From a virus (lineage: Duplodnaviria > Caudoviricetes), in IMG/VR virus record IMGVR_UViG_3300010362_000025, positions 1 to 48,836 of that record: a stretch of 48,836 nt of DNA. One strand, 5' to 3'. The position numbers were made by a program, and so were the translations under genes. The notes below the pieces were generated by a model, which did no database searches, had not been told where the DNA came from, and was given only the letters and a program-made list of their open reading frames with translations. Below, in pieces: positions 44,807 through 48,836 of this stretch (within the stretch, counting starts at the first letter, position 1; each line of letters opens with the position of its first letter).

Positions 44807-45232
44807 TCACCCCACTAACTCCCCGCGAAACGTAGACATAGCTCGCACGAACCTTACCATGGCGATTTGCTCTGCGTTGGTCAAGCTGTGATACACGCGC
44901 AGAAGATCTTGTAACTCGGGGTCTACTGGCGTCACTACAGAGTACGACGGATCCACAGTCTGGACAAACGTGATGAGTGCTCGCGTAGCCGGCGTCACGG
45001 TAATGCCCATGGTGGTCGCCGCAGAGGCAAGGGTACGGATGATTATTACCACCGAATGCAACGGGAGGTCCGCATGCTGCCCCGACTCGATCCTCGAGAT
45101 CGTACCCTGACTGGTTACTGCCTGGTCGGCCAACTGCTGCTGGCTCCAGCCGACTAGGAGGCGCATGCTCCTGACCGACTCGCCTATGGCTACAACGATT
45201 CGATTCCATTCGGTTGCTAGCATACGATTCAA
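44807..45232 (-). CDS. XRE-family HTH transcriptional regulator
   Basis: IGESVRSMRLLVGWSQQQLADQAVTSQGTISRIESG. Confidence 0.85.
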   Translation of the reverse strand: MNRMLATEWNRIVVAIGESVRSMRLLVGWSQQQLADQAVTSQGTISRIESGQHADLPLHSVVIIIRTLASAATTMGITVTPATRALITFVQTVDPSYSVVTPVDPELQDLLRVYHSLTNAEQIAMVRFVRAMSTFRGELVG

Positions 45233-45426
45233 GGAATCGAGTGCACGTCGTCGTCAGTAGTCCACTTGGTGGTCACGAAGGCTGGTGTGTCGATGTTCTG
45301 GCCCTTCCACGGGAAGAGCCCGAACCCCGGATCGGCTGCTGAGCCCCACAGTCGACGATACGTGCATGGTAGCGTTGCTATCAACGCTGCAGCGGCTGCT
45401 ACATCGGTTGGCGGCGTGGCGGGCAT
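45229..45426 (-). CDS. hypothetical protein
   Basis: GGAGG RBS; ATGA overlap downstream. Confidence 0.5.
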   Translation of the reverse strand: MPATPPTDVAAAAALIATLPCTYRRLWGSAADPGFGLFPWKGQNIDTPAFVTTKWTTDDDVHSIP

Positions 45427-45427
45427 A

Positions 45428-45985
45428 CTACTGGCCTCCGGAGCCGACGTAATAGCCGGTCTCCATCTGCTTGAGTCGGTTGATGTATTCCTCTGGGGCG
45501 TTAGGGTTGAAATTGCCCTGCGAGTCCCACAGACCGACCTTATCGGCCCACGCATCGGCGGCCGAGACTAGGGCATCACGATTCTTGCGGCCCGGGATTC
45601 GGACGCTCGTATAAGCGCCGTCCTCATCGTACCACATCGCTCCGCTGTCTAGGAGCTCCTGGATCCCCTGCTCCCGATCGAACTCCATTGGGTCGCTGGT
45701 TCGCTCGTTCTTAAGGAACCGGTGGAGCTGCTTGCGCCAAGCCTTCTTTTCCTCGGGAGATGCGTTCCGCGCGCGCTCGGCAGGCGACTGGTAAGCACCC
45801 ATCATGGCCATGAACGCTTCACGTTCTTTGTCAGGCATGGAGATGCCCGACATCTGATCTGGCGTTTGTGCCACCGTATCGGTATCTGTCGGGAGTGGCG
45901 GTTCCGGGTTAACATTCGATAGCTCAACGGTCTTGGGGTCTGTCCACCGCCAAATGATGTCCCCCGTTGTTGAGCTGGCAGGCAT
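45428..45985 (-). CDS. hypothetical protein
   Basis: Abuts upstream stop. Confidence 0.6.
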   Translation of the reverse strand: MPASSTTGDIIWRWTDPKTVELSNVNPEPPLPTDTDTVAQTPDQMSGISMPDKEREAFMAMMGAYQSPAERARNASPEEKKAWRKQLHRFLKNERTSDPMEFDREQGIQELLDSGAMWYDEDGAYTSVRIPGRKNRDALVSAADAWADKVGLWDSQGNFNPNAPEEYINRLKQMETGYYVGSGGQ

Positions 45986-46342
45986 TCAAGCCGCCCGCTG
46001 CTTGTTCAACTCCTCGACTGCCTTGTCGCCGCCCTCCTTGGCGGTCTTTACCTTGGTCTTGGGCTGGCCTGTCTTCTCGTCCTTCTCCGCGAGGGCCTCG
46101 AGGACCTTGCGGACCTCGTCGGCGGTGGGCTGGGGCCGCAGGCTCATAAGTGCTTCGGTGGCAGCGCGCTCGAGCTGCTTGTCCGACAGCGACTGGTCTG
46201 GCTTGCCCTCGGCGTCCGTGCCGGTGCCCCCACCGATTGGCTCGTTCGGCTTGAAGTCTTCGGAGAGCTTGGCGTTTTTGCCTCCTGCAGGAACCTCGCT
46301 AGTTCCAGCAGTAGGCGCGTCTGGTCCCATCTTGGTAGCCAT
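45986..46342 (-). CDS. hypothetical charged protein, first gene of late block
   Basis: AAGGAGGT RBS; high GC3. Confidence 0.7.
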   Translation of the reverse strand: MATKMGPDAPTAGTSEVPAGGKNAKLSEDFKPNEPIGGGTGTDAEGKPDQSLSDKQLERAATEALMSLRPQPTADEVRKVLEALAEKDEKTGQPKTKVKTAKEGGDKAVEELNKQRAA

Positions 46343-46356
46343 CCCTGGTTACCTCC

Positions 46357-46626
46357 TTACATGATTAGAGCCAAATCCCTGGCTCGTGGGTAGCGCGCCT
46401 CGAAACGCTCCTTTGCGTGCCGCTGCGCGTGTTCGGACCGTGTGAGGACCTCTAGGTTCTCTGGCGCGTTGTCCCACGGGTCGCCATTCTTGTGATGGAC
46501 AACCTCGTAACGCTTGGGAGCTCGATCGTAGAGAGCTACCAGCGTGCGAACCGATCCAGACAGCGGGCGGCCCATGTATATGCAATCCCCGTGCCATGCC
46601 AACCCGGCGATTGTTTTGAAGCGCAT
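46357..46626 (-). CDS. HNH endonuclease (HNH_3-type; start 46626 or 46575)
   Basis: VVHHKNGDPWDNAPENLEVLTRSEH. Confidence 0.8.
   Translation of the reverse strand: MRFKTIAGLAWHGDCIYMGRPLSGSVRTLVALYDRAPKRYEVVHHKNGDPWDNAPENLEVLTRSEHAQRHAKERFEARYPRARDLALIM
46581..46596 (-). promoter_or_regulatory. sigma54-type -24/-12 promoter heading the late operon
   Basis: Minus strand TGGCAC-GGGGA-TTGCA, downstream of a strong terminator. Confidence 0.72.
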
Positions 46627-46775
46627 AGCCGAAAGTCAACTGGGCAAGATGCAAAAAAATTATGCGCTGTTTGGGGTGGGCCTACCCTGCGGGTCCTCGG
46701 TTTGAAACCCTCGTTGGGGGGTGACCAGGTCGGCTTCGACGGCATGGACGAGCTAGAAAGACCAGAGGCCAGACG

Positions 46776-46810
46776 AAAAAAAGGGGGGCTGGTCTTGCGA
46801 CCAGCCCCCC
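46776..46810 (-). terminator. Rho-independent terminator
   Basis: GGGGGGCTGGTC-GCAA-GACCAGCCCCCC followed by T7 on the minus strand. Confidence 0.9.
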
Positions 46811-46833
46811 CCGTTTGCTAGGCCGAAGCTAGC

Positions 46834-47283
46834 TTACTTGCTGCGCTTCGGCTTCGCGGTCGAGACGCTCGTCGCGAGCGTCTCGGTCAGGTCGGCGGTC
46901 TCGGTCGCCGTTGCGGCGGCCCGCTTCGCGCTCGCGGCCGCGCGCTCCGCGTCTTCCTTCTGCGCGTCCGACCAGTGCTTCTCGATCGCCTTGTCGTAGT
47001 CCGCCCCGAGAGCTTTCTTGGCGGCTGACTCCATGACTTCCAAGGCGTCGTACACGATCCCGAGACCGAACTCATTCTGGCTGAGCTCGGCCCCGTCGGC
47101 CCCCCGCGCCATGCGGCTGAGGCACACGAACAACTTGCGCCAGTCCTGCGGCGTCCGCTCGTCGGTCGCGCGGTACTTGTCGCGACCGATGAAGATGTAC
47201 GCCTGCGGCGCGGCCTTGCTCTTGGTCTCCGCCTTGGTCTGCTCCGGCGTGACCGCTGCTGAGAATGTGGGCTTGAATGCCAT
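46834..47283 (-). CDS. stand-alone hypothetical protein
   Basis: AGGAG RBS, own terminator, very high GC3. Confidence 0.75.
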   Translation of the reverse strand: MAFKPTFSAAVTPEQTKAETKSKAAPQAYIFIGRDKYRATDERTPQDWRKLFVCLSRMARGADGAELSQNEFGLGIVYDALEVMESAAKKALGADYDKAIEKHWSDAQKEDAERAAASAKRAAATATETADLTETLATSVSTAKPKRSK

Positions 47284-47608
47284 TTTGGACTCCTATCCCG
47301 ACGCCTTGCGTCGGGGGCGTTTCGGATCCGGGACCATCCCGGGGCCGCATCCGGCAGCGCCATCTGCCGGACACCATGAGTAGACCCGATCCGGCGACCG
47401 GAGTCAAGTGGCTCTCGCCGCCCGGGATGCCTTGCCATGTGCGCTATCCCGTCGGCCGCCCCGGTGGCTATGGCACTTGCCTGGCTAGGCGGACTTGCTT
47501 CGCGTCCTGCTTGGTAGCTAGCCAGCTGGCTAGGCCCGCAGGGCCTGGGCGCGCTATATAATGGTGGGCTCACAGAGCATCGGCTCTTCGCGGATACAAT
47601 CGTGCGGC

Positions 47609-47628
47609 TTCAGTTATTGAACGGCCAA
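47609..47628. promoter_or_regulatory. TTCAAT-N3-TGAA box (site 7, 47609-47621) with GCCAA flank
   Basis: TTCA-GTTAT-TGAA-CG-GCCAAC in the divergent control region. Confidence 0.7.
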
Positions 47629-47663
47629 CAATCGGCTATGTCGTTGGTCAACTGCCATGCTGC

Positions 47664-47866
47664 TATTCAGTTGTTCTGTTCCAGGGTGTCGGGGAACAGG
47701 CTGTAAGAGAGCGTCGTCGTTTTTGACGACAAAACAAAATAGAGGCCCATAGATGAAATCTAGGAGCTATATATGTGAAATATTATATCGTGTATATACT
47801 CATTACGGTAGAAGCACATCTTTAACAGGCTCAACCCCGACCCTTAGGAACAGAACGGCAGAATAA
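47664..47866. other. candidate replication origin: AT-rich core flanked by imperfect inverted repeats
   Basis: AT-rich 47720-47805; arms ...GTTCTGTTCCAGGGTGTCGGGG and CCCCGACCCTTAGGAACAGAAC... Confidence 0.45.
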
Positions 47867-47938
47867 CAGAACAACAGGCTGGCCAGCGGTCCAGATGCCT
47901 CGTCGAGCTGGTCGACCAATCCGACGAGAGCATCATGC

Positions 47939-47955
47939 CTGGCACGCAAATTGCT
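47939..47955 (+). promoter_or_regulatory. sigma54-type -24/-12 promoter
   Basis: CTGGCAC-GCAAA-TTGCT, 50 bp upstream of ATG 48005. Confidence 0.72.
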
Positions 47956-48004
47956 ACTACAACCAACGACCCATTTAACCCCTTCCAAGCAAGGAGGCCC
48001 GTAG

Positions 48005-48490
48005 ATGGCATTCCCAAATAGACCACACAGGCGCGTCAATTACAATTACCTCGCAAAGCTAGATGAGGCACTCGAGCAGCTCGGCTGGAGTACCAACAAC
48101 ATACCTACGCACGTCCTACGCTCCCCATGGCCTATCATCAAAGACTTCCTACAAGATCAACTGCACCTGCGTGTCTGTGCGTGGTGCAAGCTCCCGCTAC
48201 CAGAATCGCAAATGTGCGCCACAACCAATATGTGCCACACTCACCGAGCACAGCTAGAAGACACGCAGTTCAAGCGGCGCAGCAATCAAACCAGCACGCA
48301 GCGTAGTATCAAGGCCAAGCGTGCAAACTCCCGGCTAGTGCTGGGAATGCAGGATCTGCTACGACCACACAGCGAGCCAGAAAGCGAGCCTCTGGACGGT
48401 TCAATGCCTGAACAATCCAGCAAGCTGCCCACTGGTAGCAGCGCGCTAGATATCCTCGACCGTGCTAGCAGGAGGCCCGATGGCAAGTAG
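48005..48490 (+). CDS. zinc-finger hypothetical protein
   Basis: AAGGAGG RBS; CAWC...C..H; contains TTCAAT-GCC-TGAA (site 8, 48400-48412). Confidence 0.7.
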   Translation: MAFPNRPHRRVNYNYLAKLDEALEQLGWSTNNIPTHVLRSPWPIIKDFLQDQLHLRVCAWCKLPLPESQMCATTNMCHTHRAQLEDTQFKRRSNQTSTQRSIKAKRANSRLVLGMQDLLRPHSEPESEPLDGSMPEQSSKLPTGSSALDILDRASRRPDGK

Positions 48491-48698
48491 ATTTGAATAC
48501 ACTATAGCGCGTGGCATCGCATGCTTACAGCAATGCTCGTGTGGTGAACACGCAACTAACTCATACCGCAGGTTATATCGCCCATTGATATACTACTGTG
48601 ATCGCTGCCTGGCTGACGTCGTACCCGACGAGCCACCAGACGACCCAAAGCCTCGTCCAATCCGTCGTCCTAATTGGCGTCGAAACTTCGGTCTATAG
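48480..48698 (+). CDS. small zinc-finger protein
   Basis: AGGAGG RBS; CSC...YYCDRC. Confidence 0.6.
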   Translation: MASRFEYTIARGIACLQQCSCGEHATNSYRRLYRPLIYYCDRCLADVVPDEPPDDPKPRPIRRPNWRRNFGL

Positions 48699-48720
48699 GC
48701 CCAGTGGCGTTTTAACAGTG

Positions 48721-48749
48721 TTGACTTCCCTCCGGGGATCTGGTACTCT
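48721..48749 (+). promoter_or_regulatory. sigma70-type promoter for the early operon
   Basis: TTGACT-N17-TACTCT with TG extension; followed by a leader ending in AAAGGA RBS at the window edge. Confidence 0.65.
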
Positions 48750-48836
48750 GGCTCCGGAGTTGATGGGGTTGTGGTTGGGGCGGCCGCGGCCGGACACCGG
48801 CGGGCCGAGGTGGCAAGGCCACCCAGAAAGGACACC

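Noticed and set aside
47290-47356. Hammerhead-like pattern on the minus strand (CGGATGC-stem-GAAAC...GUC)
   Set aside because: The core differs from CUGAnGA at two conserved positions and stem I does not pair; simple hairpins explain the sequence better.
1-48836. Apparent abundance of CTAG/TCGA and possible genetic-code reassignment
   Set aside because: Tetranucleotide bias cannot be quantified by eye; core genes are intact under the standard code and all three stop codons are used.

Overview
The window is a nearly complete ~48.8 kb genome of a high-GC tailed phage with podovirus-like gene content. The + strand (48005-48836, continuing into 1-17435) carries small early genes, a tRNA-Thr(CGT), two J-domain proteins and a replication/recombination module: a Cas4-like nuclease, a Sak4-like ATPase, an SSB-like protein, a ParB-DNA methyltransferase fusion, a deoxyribosyltransferase-like protein, a UDG-fused family A DNA polymerase and a DUF3987-like helicase. 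The - strand (47283 to 17468) carries lysis, packaging, head, fibre, tail and internal virion genes. I recognised no integrase, RNA polymerase, sigma factor or CRISPR array. The most unusual signals are regulatory. There are three perfect sigma54 (TGGCAC-N5-TTGCW) promoter motifs at the heads of gene blocks, including the whole late operon, with no recognisable phage enhancer-binding protein. There is also a pseudo-palindrome TTCAAT-N3-TGAA found eight times, seven of them intergenic, roughly evenly spaced along the genome. A GNAT-GNAT-2OG-Fe(II) oxygenase cassette sits inside the virion genes. All family assignments come from motif recognition by eye, not database searches.
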